From: Paraspadella gotoi
Taxonomy: Eukaryota; Animalia; Chaetognatha
NCBI GenBank assembly: GCA_051294375.1
Contig: CM119271.1
Coordinates: 3,974,113-3,993,311, forward strand
Direction of reading: 5' to 3'
DNA: 19,199 nt
Shown here: positions 18,230 to 19,199 of the stretch, in pieces
Layout of the letters: every line of letters begins with the position of its first letter
Position numbering within the stretch: the stretch's first letter is position 1
Position numbers and translations under genes: made by a program
Notes under the pieces: model-generated
Seen by the model: the letters and a program-made list of their open reading frames with translations, nothing else
What the model was told of the DNA's origin: nothing
Database searches by the model: none

Positions 18230-19199
18230 GACCCGCTCTCGCTGTCGTACGAGAAAGAGCACTTTCTCTTCCTCTTCCTTCTCCATATATTTTCCGTATA
18301 TAACTCAATCTGTGCTACGAAAAATCGCATTGTGTTTCTAAAAATTGAAATTGAAATTTGTTAATTTTTATATTTTCTATTTAATTACTTTTTTAAATTT
18401 ATCATTTTCTGACAAATTCCTTAATTCTTTAAATGCCCTAATCCAAATGCAAAAATTATGACTCATTAGAATTGTGGTTTTGTCAGTTTATTAAATTTGA
18501 TTATTTCCGCTAGGAGAATTCCGACACTTTTGCGGTTTTCATTTTAAACAAGTGAACATCGCCACAGTGTTTTTCTCTCTAAACTAAATTAATTATTTTC
18601 AATTCAATTGTAGAATCTGTAAATGTAAATGTTTTTAGTTTAGAAAACTTGCGGTACTTAATTTTTCCTCCATGAATAAAACCAATTTACGACACCAGTC
18701 AAAAACATCAACTATCCTAAAATGTACTACGCGCCAATGAAACTGACCAATCACGCGTGGAGCTTTGAGAAAACACGAGTCTACATCGACCAATCCGACG
18801 ACGAGAACAGATGGAGAACTGCATTGGCGAGAGGCCAATTCTAGCTCGCGCGCGGGAGGCAAGAAGTCATTTTTCTGACCAATCACAAACACGGCGTTTT
18901 CATAAGCAACCAATCGGGAGCAAGAGACGAGATGGAATCTCCGGAAGTCGCTCGAGAACCGCTGTGGTGTGGAAATGAAGCAGCCGAGGCGGCGTCAGCG
19001 GCGTCGGCGGCGTCGGCGGCGTCGGCGCTACTTTCGGCGTCGGCGCCGTTTGCTTTCTTCGCTAAATATGTCATAAAATTTAATGTAAAAACAAGGAATA
19101 ACATTTCCCCGATCAGTTTTTGACGCATTACGATTCAAACAAAGATCTGCCAAGTCTGTAAATTGTCTTCATTGAGATTTCTTCGTCTTTTTATTTGTG
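17321..19199 (+). repeat. ~1.9-kb direct duplication, copy 2 (runs to window end)
   Basis: Colinear with 11851-13801. Confidence 0.95.
18734..18914. promoter_or_regulatory. CCAAT-box (NF-Y) cluster, copy 2
   Basis: CCAAT/ATTGG at 18734, 18747, 18790, 18823, 18835, 18879 and 18910, several in RRCCAATC context. Confidence 0.6.

Noticed and set aside
18883-19128. ADA-repeat ORF on the minus strand
   Set aside because: Low-complexity GC tract, frame not preserved in copy 1 and no convincing donor; more likely UTR or promoter sequence, though not excluded.

Overview
Eukaryotic (probably invertebrate animal) draft genomic sequence with GC-rich exons, AT-rich introns, microsatellites and three N gaps. 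The left ~10 kb holds a minus-strand, ~21-exon ELKS/CAST/ERC (Bruchpilot N-terminus) family coiled-coil gene. It carries the diagnostic IKTFWSPELKKER motif, runs off the left edge and has several apparent indel frameshifts. Directly upstream on the same strand is a complete 3-exon Id/extramacrochaetae-type HLH gene (149 aa). The ELKS introns contain an intact tRNA-Lys(CTT), a MITE-like inverted repeat, a HINE/DINE-like element and, most interestingly, a 390-bp composite element (6336-6725). That element has ~40-bp terminal inverted arms, a minimal type I hammerhead ribozyme of the Penelope-like kind, and a nested tRNA-derived, hairpin-rich SINE-like unit that could compete with ribozyme folding. 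The right third contains a ~1.9-kb indel-rich direct duplication (11851-13801 / 17321-19199), a 25-N gap, GT-rich junk-like sequence and degraded coding fragments (Kazal motif), most likely long-read gap-filling artefacts.
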